From a virus: a stretch of 64,000 bases of DNA. The DNA lies in the IMG/VR virus record IMGVR_UViG_3300021963_000040, positions 1-64,000 of that record; one strand, 5' to 3'. The notes under the pieces are model-generated. The model was not told where the DNA came from. It ran no database searches and saw only the letters and a program-made list of their open reading frames with translations. Below, one piece after another: positions 49,306 through 56,794 of the stretch. A program made the position numbers and the translations under genes. Every line of letters begins with the position of its first letter. Position 1 is the stretch's first letter.

Positions 49306-49461
49306 ATGTTCGAATCATTAGAAGTGCGAAACGTTAAAAACGGTGTTATTGTTACCTTGACTGACAATGACGGAGGTACAAGCGAATATGTCTTTGACAC
49401 TACTCGCAAGGCCTTGCGATTCATTAAACAGATCATCGAAGGCAACAAGGCCCCAGAATGA
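49306..49461 (+). CDS. 51-aa hypothetical protein (not in the ORF track)
   Basis: MFESLEVRNVKNGVIVTLTDNDGGTSEYVFDTTRKALRFIKQIIEGNKAPE; AAAGGA SD; ATGA overlap with the next gene. Confidence 0.7.
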   Translation: MFESLEVRNVKNGVIVTLTDNDGGTSEYVFDTTRKALRFIKQIIEGNKAPE

Positions 49462-49826
49462 AACTACTAGCAGTTATTCAAGCCGCAGATGGCAGAGTGT
49501 CAGGTGGCGATCCTTATCTGTGGGAGTGCTATGGTCCAAATGCACACTTTATGGAGTTTAGGGACGACCAGGGACAAGGATATTCGCATTGTGTCTTTGA
49601 CACTAAAACATACGATGTCTACGAAATTCATGCAGAAGTACCCCATAAAGATATTGCTTATCGTTGGGTACATCCTAAGTTTCTTAATAAGATGCTTGCA
49701 GAAGCCAAACGTCGACGAGTTGATCCTGATCTAGCATGGGACGAAGTAGTGTACAACAAAGTTGACGACTATTTTGTTATGTTGCAACACGTTAAAAATA
49801 TTGGTGTCACAAAGGAGGTAGTATGA
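49458..49826 (+). CDS. Hypothetical protein
   Basis: 122-aa ORF, translationally coupled at both ends. Confidence 0.7.
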   Translation: MKLLAVIQAADGRVSGGDPYLWECYGPNAHFMEFRDDQGQGYSHCVFDTKTYDVYEIHAEVPHKDIAYRWVHPKFLNKMLAEAKRRRVDPDLAWDEVVYNKVDDYFVMLQHVKNIGVTKEVV

Positions 49827-49969
49827 CTCAAGTAGAACTTCATGCATCAACTGAATCTAAACTAGCAGAAAAAGTTGACAGTTATACAAAGGATTATCCC
49901 GGGTGTAACTTTAAAATTTATTACTGTACTTCTCGTAAACTTTGGCGTGCCAGCGCCGTAAGGATTTAA
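49823..49969 (+). CDS. 48-aa hypothetical protein (not in the ORF track)
   Basis: MTQVELHASTESKLAEKVDSYTKDYPGCNFKIYYCTSRKLWRASAVRI; AAGGAGG SD. Confidence 0.65.
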   Translation: MTQVELHASTESKLAEKVDSYTKDYPGCNFKIYYCTSRKLWRASAVRI

Positions 49970-49981
49970 TAAGGATTTAAA

Positions 49982-50170
49982 ATGAAATATCTTCTTATTG
50001 CACTATTTGTAATCTTTCTTTTTATCATTGGCCCATGTGCTACTATTTGGGCACTGAACACTTTGTTTCCGTCCTTGGCTATTCCACTTAACATTGAAAC
50101 CTGGGTAGCGGTTGTAGTCCTTTGGGCACCTCTAGGCGGAACGGGTATTTTTGGTTCTTCTAAGAAGTAA
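49982..50170 (+). CDS. Small membrane protein
   Basis: 62 aa with two hydrophobic segments; AAGGA SD. Confidence 0.7.
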   Translation: MKYLLIALFVIFLFIIGPCATIWALNTLFPSLAIPLNIETWVAVVVLWAPLGGTGIFGSSKK

Positions 50171-50175
50171 ATATT

Positions 50176-50415
50176 ATGATGCAAATTAACGAATTCACTC
50201 AATTCAATAAATTGGCCAAAGGCATCCACGAGGATTTACAAGCCGAGTTCAGGCAGTCTTGGATCGAAGACTTACAGTCAGTTTACGATGCAGACACATC
50301 AGGCCCTCTGATCAATGGTGCTAATTCCATTCTCAAATATTACGGATCTAAACTTCGTGTAAAGGACGTAGGCTGGGACGAAGCAACTAGTTCGTTAGTT
50401 TGGGAGATGAAATAA
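50176..50415 (+). CDS. Hypothetical protein
   Basis: 79-aa ORF in the early gene run. Confidence 0.6.
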   Translation: MMQINEFTQFNKLAKGIHEDLQAEFRQSWIEDLQSVYDADTSGPLINGANSILKYYGSKLRVKDVGWDEATSSLVWEMK

Positions 50416-50750
50416 TGGAATTTGATTTTGTAACATTATTGGTGGGGGTTGGTATTGGATTGGCTATTGCGCTCCATATTGGAATGTCTATCCTAACTAC
50501 CCTTGCTAAAAGACTTGAAGAAATTCACAAGCAAAGAAACTCACCTGAAATGATAAACGGCAAAAGTGTAGTAGAAGCAACTATTACAGAAGAAAAAGGC
50601 GTTTACTATATGTGGGGTAAAAATAACGACTTTTTAGCCCAAGGCAAAACTCTTCAAGAGTTACATGCTCATTTAGAAGCCCGATTTAAAGATAGCGTTT
50701 TTAGGGTAGAAAAAATCCCTGACGAGCTTAAATCCTCGCTTAAATCCTAA
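50415..50750 (+). CDS. Hypothetical protein with an N-terminal membrane anchor
   Basis: Start revised to ATG 50415 (TAATG overlap, GGAG SD); FVTLLVGVGIGLAIALHIG and DFLAQGKTLQEL. Confidence 0.65.
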   Translation: MEFDFVTLLVGVGIGLAIALHIGMSILTTLAKRLEEIHKQRNSPEMINGKSVVEATITEEKGVYYMWGKNNDFLAQGKTLQELHAHLEARFKDSVFRVEKIPDELKSSLKS

Positions 50751-50782
50751 AAGTAATACTTTTGTTGTATAAAAACAACACT

Positions 50783-50936
50783 AAAAACCCTTGTTTTTCA
50801 AGGGTTTTTCTTTCGGTTGACGGAAAATTCGTATTTTGCTATAATACTTGTATTGCGAAATTAGAAGTTAGCCAGTAAAAGATGTTGCAAAAAAGCAACA
50901 CAGCTAGTTGACACAAAATTCCAATTTTGCTATAAT
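50783..50936 (+). promoter_or_regulatory. Terminator-like hairpin followed by tandem duplicated sigma70 promoters
   Basis: AAAAACCCTTG-TTTTT-CAAGGGTTTTT; TTGACG-17-TATAAT (50817-50845) and TTGACA-17-TATAAT (50908-50936). Confidence 0.85.
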
Positions 50937-50974
50937 ACTTGTATTGTAAACAAATCCACTGCAAAGGACACAAA

Positions 50975-51994
50975 ATGGCTTCAGTAACAATTATCAAAGG
51001 TGTGTACGGTAAAAAAGAAGTAGTTAACACTACTTTCCCCCTTGTTAAACAACTTGCCTTTTTGCCCGACGGGCAAGGCTATGTTACTGTTGACGGTACT
51101 GCCGTAGACGGTTACCCCGATCGCCAACTTCGTATTAAAGTTGACAGCATTGCTGACTATACTATTGCAGGTGTAGAAGCTCAAGTTGGCAAGGCAGAAA
51201 CTGCTCCTGCTATCGAAGAGACAGACGAAGAAGTTATGACTCGTTTGCGTGAGCGTTTTAGCATCCTTGATGAGATGACCCAAGCAAGTGTGGACGGTGT
51301 CGTTCGTGCTATGATTGTGTCTGGCCCTCCCGGAGTTGGTAAGAGCTACGGTGTTGAACGTGTTCTTGAACAGAACTCGTTCTTTGACAAATTGGGTGAG
51401 CGTCCCGCTCGTTTCGAAGTTGTTAAAGGTGCGATGTCGGCTATTGGCTTGTATTGCAAACTGTTCAGCTTCGCTGACGCAGGTAACGTTCTTGTGTTTG
51501 ACGACTGTGACAGTATCTTGCTTGACGACCTGTCGCTGAACATTCTTAAGGCCGCACTTGACAGCGGTAGCAAACGTACTATCAGCTGGAACACTGACAG
51601 CTCTATGTTGCGTCGCGAGGGCGTGCCAGATCGTTTCGAGTTCAAAGGCTCTGTGATCTTTATTACCAACATCAAGTTTGAACACGTTCGTAGCCAAAAG
51701 CTCAAGGATCACTTGGACGCTCTTGAAAGCCGTTGCCACTACCTGGACCTGACTATGGACACGGTGCGTGACAAAATGCTTCGCATCAAGCAGATCATTC
51801 AAGACGGTATGCTTGACAAGTATGATTTTGAAGACGCTCAGAAAGAAGCTATTGTTAACTGGGTGTGGGAAAAGAAAGATCAATTGCGCGAGATTAGCTT
51901 GCGTACTGTTTTGAAGGTTGCTGACTTGGCTAAGATGAAGCCTATGGGTTGGGAGCGTTTGGCAGAAACTACCGTAATTAAGCGTCATGCTTAA
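50975..51994 (+). CDS. AAA+-type P-loop ATPase
   Basis: Walker A SGPPGVGKS, Walker B VLVFDDCD, sensor FITN and ALESRC; AAAGGA SD before ATG 50975. Confidence 0.85.
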   Translation: MASVTIIKGVYGKKEVVNTTFPLVKQLAFLPDGQGYVTVDGTAVDGYPDRQLRIKVDSIADYTIAGVEAQVGKAETAPAIEETDEEVMTRLRERFSILDEMTQASVDGVVRAMIVSGPPGVGKSYGVERVLEQNSFFDKLGERPARFEVVKGAMSAIGLYCKLFSFADAGNVLVFDDCDSILLDDLSLNILKAALDSGSKRTISWNTDSSMLRREGVPDRFEFKGSVIFITNIKFEHVRSQKLKDHLDALESRCHYLDLTMDTVRDKMLRIKQIIQDGMLDKYDFEDAQKEAIVNWVWEKKDQLREISLRTVLKVADLAKMKPMGWERLAETTVIKRHA

Positions 51995-52018
51995 TTAAAC
52001 TTTGCAGTGGTAGTGTTT

Positions 52019-52044
52019 AGAGCCCTTCGGGGCTCTTTTTTTTT
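52019..52044 (+). terminator. Intrinsic terminator
   Basis: AGAGCCC-TTCG-GGGCTCT followed by a T-run. Confidence 0.92.
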
Positions 52045-52103
52045 GGAGGAATTTGGTGAAGTAAAACTTGGTTATTTATGATAACTAATATATACTACAC
52101 TAT

Positions 52104-53558
52104 ATGACTACTTGCACAATACACATTAAAGATGAAGTCAATGTAAAAGTAGCAGGTCTAGATGTGGGCACTCGCCGAGATCTAGAAAAGAAATTAAAGT
52201 TTTTTCAACCGTATGCGCGACATGTTCCGGCATTTAAACTAGGCCGCTGGGATGGATGCGTTAGTTTCTTTTCAGTAGGTGGCAACACTTATCTTAACCT
52301 GCTAGATCGTATCCTTCCAACTATCGTTGACGAAGGCTATACTATTGAGATTGATGATCAAAGAATAAAGCATGAACTTACTTTTCCTGTTGTAACAGAA
52401 ACATTCCACGACGGTAAGTTATGGCCTATAGGACATCCTGCTGAAGGTGAACAAATAATGTTACGCGACTATCAAGTCGAAATCATTAATCAGTTTTTAT
52501 CCAACCCACAAAGCATACAAGAGATTGCCACAGGCGCAGGCAAGACGTTGATGACTGCAACGTTGAGTCAGCTAGTTGAGCCCTACGGACGAAGTGTGGT
52601 AATTGTCCCAAACAAAGACCTTGTACGTCAAACCTATGATGACTATGTTAACCTTGGACTTGATGTAGGTGTTTACTTTGGGGATAAAAAAGAACTAGGT
52701 AAAACACATACCATTTGTACTTGGCAAAGCCTTAACAGTCTAGAAAAGAGATTCAAAGACGGCGAAAGTGAACTAGGTTTAGATGAATGGGGTAAGGATG
52801 TTAATTGTGTTATAGTAGATGAAGTGCATATGGCCAAAGCTGATGTACTACGGCAATTACTAACAGGACCCTTTGCTAACGTACCTATACGCTGGGGACT
52901 AACAGGAACGATCCCAAAAGAAGATCACGAATTTGTTAGTTTAATTGCTAGTATAGGCAATATAACAGCACGTTTAGGTGCAAAAGAACTTCAAGATCAA
53001 GGGGTATTAAGTAACTGCCATGTTAATGTAGTACAGCTACAAGATACAGTAGAATATCCTACCTATCAAGAAGAATTGACATATCTAACAACTAACAAAA
53101 AACGTATTGACCATATTGCAAAGATGGCTAACGCTATTGCCGAGTCAGGTAACACATTGATCCTAGTTGATCGAATTGAAGCAGGTAAGTTGCTAGCAGA
53201 ACGTATTCCGGACAGTATCTTTATTAGCGGTAACATGAAATCTACTACCCGTAAAGAGCACTACACCGAAGTGCAAGAAGCAGAAGGTAAAGTTATCATT
53301 GCTACATACGGTGTAGCGGCCGTTGGTATTAATATTCCCCGTATCTTTAATTTGATTTTAGTAGAACCAGGTAAGAGCTTTGTGCGAGTCATTCAGAGTA
53401 TTGGCCGAGGTATTCGTAAGGCCAAGGACAAAGATTTTGTACAGATCTGGGACATAACAAGTAGTGCTAAATTTGCTAAGAAGCATCTTACTATTAGAAA
53501 AAAATATTATGCGGACGCAGGTTATCCGTATGTTGTTGAAAAGGTAAATTATAAATGA
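52104..53558 (+). CDS. uvsW: SF2 DNA helicase UvsW
   Basis: LRDYQ, ATGAGKT, TWQSL, VDEVH, GLTGT and QSIGRGIR; N-terminal GRWDG. Confidence 0.92.
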   Translation: MTTCTIHIKDEVNVKVAGLDVGTRRDLEKKLKFFQPYARHVPAFKLGRWDGCVSFFSVGGNTYLNLLDRILPTIVDEGYTIEIDDQRIKHELTFPVVTETFHDGKLWPIGHPAEGEQIMLRDYQVEIINQFLSNPQSIQEIATGAGKTLMTATLSQLVEPYGRSVVIVPNKDLVRQTYDDYVNLGLDVGVYFGDKKELGKTHTICTWQSLNSLEKRFKDGESELGLDEWGKDVNCVIVDEVHMAKADVLRQLLTGPFANVPIRWGLTGTIPKEDHEFVSLIASIGNITARLGAKELQDQGVLSNCHVNVVQLQDTVEYPTYQEELTYLTTNKKRIDHIAKMANAIAESGNTLILVDRIEAGKLLAERIPDSIFISGNMKSTTRKEHYTEVQEAEGKVIIATYGVAAVGINIPRIFNLILVEPGKSFVRVIQSIGRGIRKAKDKDFVQIWDITSSAKFAKKHLTIRKKYYADAGYPYVVEKVNYK

Positions 53559-54058
53559 GCAGAATTTTAACAGTCGACAACGCATCGTTCGACATGAACA
53601 ATCTTCCGGACGAGATTGATGACCTACGTTACTGTGTTTTAGACTACAGTGATCCGGCTAATGCAGATTACCATTGGGTACCATTAGTGTTCTTAGAGTC
53701 ATTTAGTGCGCCCGCCGCAGTCTTAAAAATAGGCCAATATACTATTCAAATGCCTTTGGACTGGAGTATCGTTATCGGGGAACCAGAAATAGGCGAGCCC
53801 GAAGTTGTTCCTATCATGAGCGTAAACGATCGTGGCTTCAAAGCATTCCACTTCAATCCGTTTACCAGCTTCCGTCCTAACTTCCAAACCATTGAAATCG
53901 TAAATGTGTTCACTGAGATCAAATGGTACTTTCCTAAGTTAAAGTTTGGGCACATTTTAGCTGTACCATTATGCGACGGACCAAACCCGCCTTGTGCTTT
54001 CTTTATAAAAGAAACACAAAAGGTTCCTGAAGTACTTGCATTAGATAAGATGTTCTAA
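53555..54058 (+). CDS. Beta-rich hypothetical protein coupled to uvsW
   Basis: 167-aa ORF with an ATGA overlap on uvsW. Confidence 0.75.
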   Translation: MSRILTVDNASFDMNNLPDEIDDLRYCVLDYSDPANADYHWVPLVFLESFSAPAAVLKIGQYTIQMPLDWSIVIGEPEIGEPEVVPIMSVNDRGFKAFHFNPFTSFRPNFQTIEIVNVFTEIKWYFPKLKFGHILAVPLCDGPNPPCAFFIKETQKVPEVLALDKMF

Positions 54059-54064
54059 TATAAT
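54036..54064 (+). promoter_or_regulatory. Sigma70-type promoter
   Basis: TTGCAT-17-TATAAT; ATG 54070 follows after a 5-nt gap. Confidence 0.65.
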
Positions 54065-54069
54065 ACTGT

Positions 54070-54552
54070 ATGGCAACTAAAAAAGAACCAGCTATCCCAT
54101 TAAGTGAAATGTTACTGGCCCTTGATCGCAGAGACCGAGGTTGGTATAGCCGCCTTACTGACGAACAGAAAAAAGCGTTTAGTCCGTGGCTGACTATGCG
54201 ATATGCGTCGAGTGTGCAAGATAGCCCTGTATTGGAGGAGCATTACTTACTACATACCAATGCGTTTTGTAATAGAAACTTTAGTGCTATTAGTGCAAAA
54301 GAACACGCAGAACTTCATTGGCTTACCATGCAAACCGCTGGCGTTGGTCGTAAGATGTTACATCCTTTTATTAAGCCCCCTAAAGGTATCAAGAAGAATA
54401 AAGTAATGAAGTGGGCAGAAACTGTCTGGCCTACTTTAAAAGACGATGAATTAGAACTGCTTATAAGTATGAACTCTACAGAGCAACTAGTAGACCTAGC
54501 AGAGCAGTTGGGAATGGAACCTAAAGAAATTAAAGATACGTTTGATGTTTAA
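54070..54552 (+). CDS. Possible clamp-loader small subunit (T4 gp62-like)
   Basis: FSPWLTMRYASS...N....K...P.IK pattern and size resemble gp62; weak similarity. Confidence 0.45.
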   Translation: MATKKEPAIPLSEMLLALDRRDRGWYSRLTDEQKKAFSPWLTMRYASSVQDSPVLEEHYLLHTNAFCNRNFSAISAKEHAELHWLTMQTAGVGRKMLHPFIKPPKGIKKNKVMKWAETVWPTLKDDELELLISMNSTEQLVDLAEQLGMEPKEIKDTFDV

Positions 54553-55225
54553 GTGTAAATATTGTCCGGCAACGTTCGTTAAAGAAACTACACTTTCGGC
54601 TCATATGTGTGAAAGAAAGCGCAGGCTATTAGCTGAACATAATAGAGAAAATCAAATAGCATTACAGATCTGGCTCAAGTTTCTTAAGTTTACAACTCCT
54701 AACTCTAAAAAACAAAAGACCTATTCTGACTTTATTTCTAGTAGAGTGTACACTGGCTTTGTTAAATTTGCACGTCATGTTATTGACCTAAACCCTTATG
54801 ATTTTGAAAGCTTCATTGACTTTGTATTTCGGTATGGAGTAAAGTTAGATGATTGGTGTAAAGCCTATGTATATGAAGCATGGATTAGAGAGTACAACAA
54901 AAAAGAAACAGTAGATAGAGCCGCAGAAAGAAGCATATTGCTAATGCGTACTTGGGCAGAAACAACAGGGGAAGATTGGCACAAGTTTTTTAAATTAGTA
55001 AACACTAATCAAGCTGTACATTGGATTAGGACAGGTCGTATTAGTCCGTGGGTATTATATGCTACAAAAGCAGGCGAGAGCCTAGTAGACAGATTCAACG
55101 CAGAACAAATTGAAATGGTTGCAGAATACATTGAACCAAAGCACTGGCAATTTAAAGTAGCACGTCAGGCAGATGACGCCAATTGGATAGAAAAAACATT
55201 TGATAACGCAGGGATAGAAATATGA
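54545..55225 (+). CDS. Hypothetical protein with an N-terminal zinc finger
   Basis: FKCKYC...F..E..L..HMCE (C2HC-type); GRISPWVLY. Confidence 0.7.
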   Translation: MFKCKYCPATFVKETTLSAHMCERKRRLLAEHNRENQIALQIWLKFLKFTTPNSKKQKTYSDFISSRVYTGFVKFARHVIDLNPYDFESFIDFVFRYGVKLDDWCKAYVYEAWIREYNKKETVDRAAERSILLMRTWAETTGEDWHKFFKLVNTNQAVHWIRTGRISPWVLYATKAGESLVDRFNAEQIEMVAEYIEPKHWQFKVARQADDANWIEKTFDNAGIEI

Positions 55226-55806
55226 AATTAGTATCTACGGATATTGACATTGACTTAGCAGACAGACAACTGTTACTGAATGTAGTACCTCATACACCTG
55301 CTATGATCAAAGACGGCCCAAAGAAACGTAAGCATAATACAGGTGTATATTTTCACGAAGTTCCTGCAGATCCGTTTAATGGATGGTGTACTGTTGACTA
55401 TAAGGAAGCAGAAGACATTGGATACTTTAAGATGGATATTCTTAATGTAAGTCTGTACAAGGATGTTAAGAGTCCTGCTCATTTAGATGAGCTAGCTAAC
55501 AAAGAACCTATGTGGGAATTATTAGAACAGCCGGAGATTGTATCTACACTATTTCATTTAAGTAATCATGCAGACATTACTTGTAAAATGAAACCTAAAA
55601 GTTTAGAAGAACTTGCTATGTTGCTGGCGATTATACGTCCCGGTAAAAAGCATTTACAGGGCAAATCATGGAACGACATAGCTAAAGACGTTTGGATTAA
55701 ACCCGAAGATGATACGTACTACTTTAAGAAGAGCCACAGTTTGGGTTATGCTTTGGCTATTATAGTACAACTTAATTTGCTTTGTGAGCAAGCAAATCTA
55801 GTCTAA
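55222..55806 (+). CDS. dnaE: Miniature DNA polymerase III alpha-like (C-family) core
   Basis: DIDID, KHNTGVYF, GYFKMDIL, LAIIRPG and YYFKKSHSLGYA appear in DnaE order within only 194 aa. Confidence 0.75.
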   Translation: MKLVSTDIDIDLADRQLLLNVVPHTPAMIKDGPKKRKHNTGVYFHEVPADPFNGWCTVDYKEAEDIGYFKMDILNVSLYKDVKSPAHLDELANKEPMWELLEQPEIVSTLFHLSNHADITCKMKPKSLEELAMLLAIIRPGKKHLQGKSWNDIAKDVWIKPEDDTYYFKKSHSLGYALAIIVQLNLLCEQANLV

Positions 55807-56178
55807 TTTTTTAACTAACTGAATTTGACGCCGCTTGATTCGTTTGGTAATTATGTTACTGAGCGATACAGAGTGTCCGTATACTATTTCAAAATCTTTA
55901 GCGTTAAAAGTTTTTAACGAGTAGCTAAAGATCTTAAACTTTTCCCCTAGGATGATATTAATGGGTAGCAACCTATTGCTGGCCCACCACCATTCGTCTC
56001 CAAATTCTAAAAATTGCTTCTTATGGTCAGGCGAGGTCAGCAGGCTATAGATGTACATACTAGCTATGCCTGCATCATGGTTTTGAATTATACCTACATA
56101 TTCGTTTCCGCCGTATCTACATAGGCTAAGAAAGGGAAAACGATCTAAAAGTTCTTGATATTCGTGTTTTATGGTCAT
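55798..56178 (-). CDS. Hypothetical protein
   Basis: Likely start MTIKHEY at 56178; FPFLSL..YGGNEYVGIIQN and WWWASNRLLPINI; TAAATA upstream on the - strand. Confidence 0.7.
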   Translation of the reverse strand: MTIKHEYQELLDRFPFLSLCRYGGNEYVGIIQNHDAGIASMYIYSLLTSPDHKKQFLEFGDEWWWASNRLLPINIILGEKFKIFSYSLKTFNAKDFEIVYGHSVSLSNIITKRIKRRQIQLVKKLD

Positions 56179-56245
56179 TATTAACAATAATTGCGCCAAA
56201 GTTATTTAGCTCGCACCCAATTGATAAATTTTAGGTAAATACAAG

Positions 56246-56785
56246 ATGATTACTATATTTCAGCATGTACCACGAATTCAGGTTCTGCTAGTGACTTCAC
56301 ACAAGAACTATAATACGCCTATGAACGACAAAAAATTACAAGCAGTCAAGGGGCTTGATAATCCCTTGGAGATTCAAATCCTTAACAGCGATCGTAAGCC
56401 AGTTGATCTAACAGGCAAAACAGTTAAGTTTACTATTAGCAGAATTAAAGCTAACAGCATATTTTTTGAAAAAGAAATGACAGCACAAAATGCCGCTAAA
56501 GGCATTTACAGCGGGGTAATTACAACAGACGAAATTTACGAAATTCCAGAAGGGCTAGCTCAGCTAGCTTTTTATGTAGAAGACGATGAGACAGGCATAA
56601 AAACCCCACTATTAAAGAATATATCTGGAGGATATACTATTGACCTTGACATTATTAACGGTCCTTATGTTATTCCAGAAGTTGATACTTATGACGATTA
56701 TGGTAGTGTATCTACATTTAACAACTCAGTAGAAGACCTAGGGTCAGTTAGCGATTATGTAGAACACACTGAAACGAATATTTAA
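56246..56785 (+). CDS. BppU-like Ig-fold baseplate/fibre attachment protein
   Basis: KGLDNPLEIQILNSDRKPVDLTGKTVKFTI...AAKGIY pattern; directly upstream of the second fibre. Confidence 0.6.
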   Translation: MITIFQHVPRIQVLLVTSHKNYNTPMNDKKLQAVKGLDNPLEIQILNSDRKPVDLTGKTVKFTISRIKANSIFFEKEMTAQNAAKGIYSGVITTDEIYEIPEGLAQLAFYVEDDETGIKTPLLKNISGGYTIDLDIINGPYVIPEVDTYDDYGSVSTFNNSVEDLGSVSDYVEHTETNI

Positions 56786-56794
56786 GGAAAAAGA

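Noticed and set aside
49367-49561. 64-aa ORF from the supplied track
   Set aside because: It is out of frame with two better-supported, coupled ORFs (49306-49461, which has an SD, and 49458-49826).
50981-51988. 335-aa minus-strand ORF fully overlapping the AAA+ ATPase
   Set aside because: It mirrors the ATPase gene end to end and has no SD, promoter or recognisable motif. It is best explained as an antisense shadow of biased codon usage.
41919-53558. Inteins or introns in terminase, UvsX or UvsW
   Set aside because: Protein lengths and motif spacing are normal, with no splice-junction signatures or interruptions.
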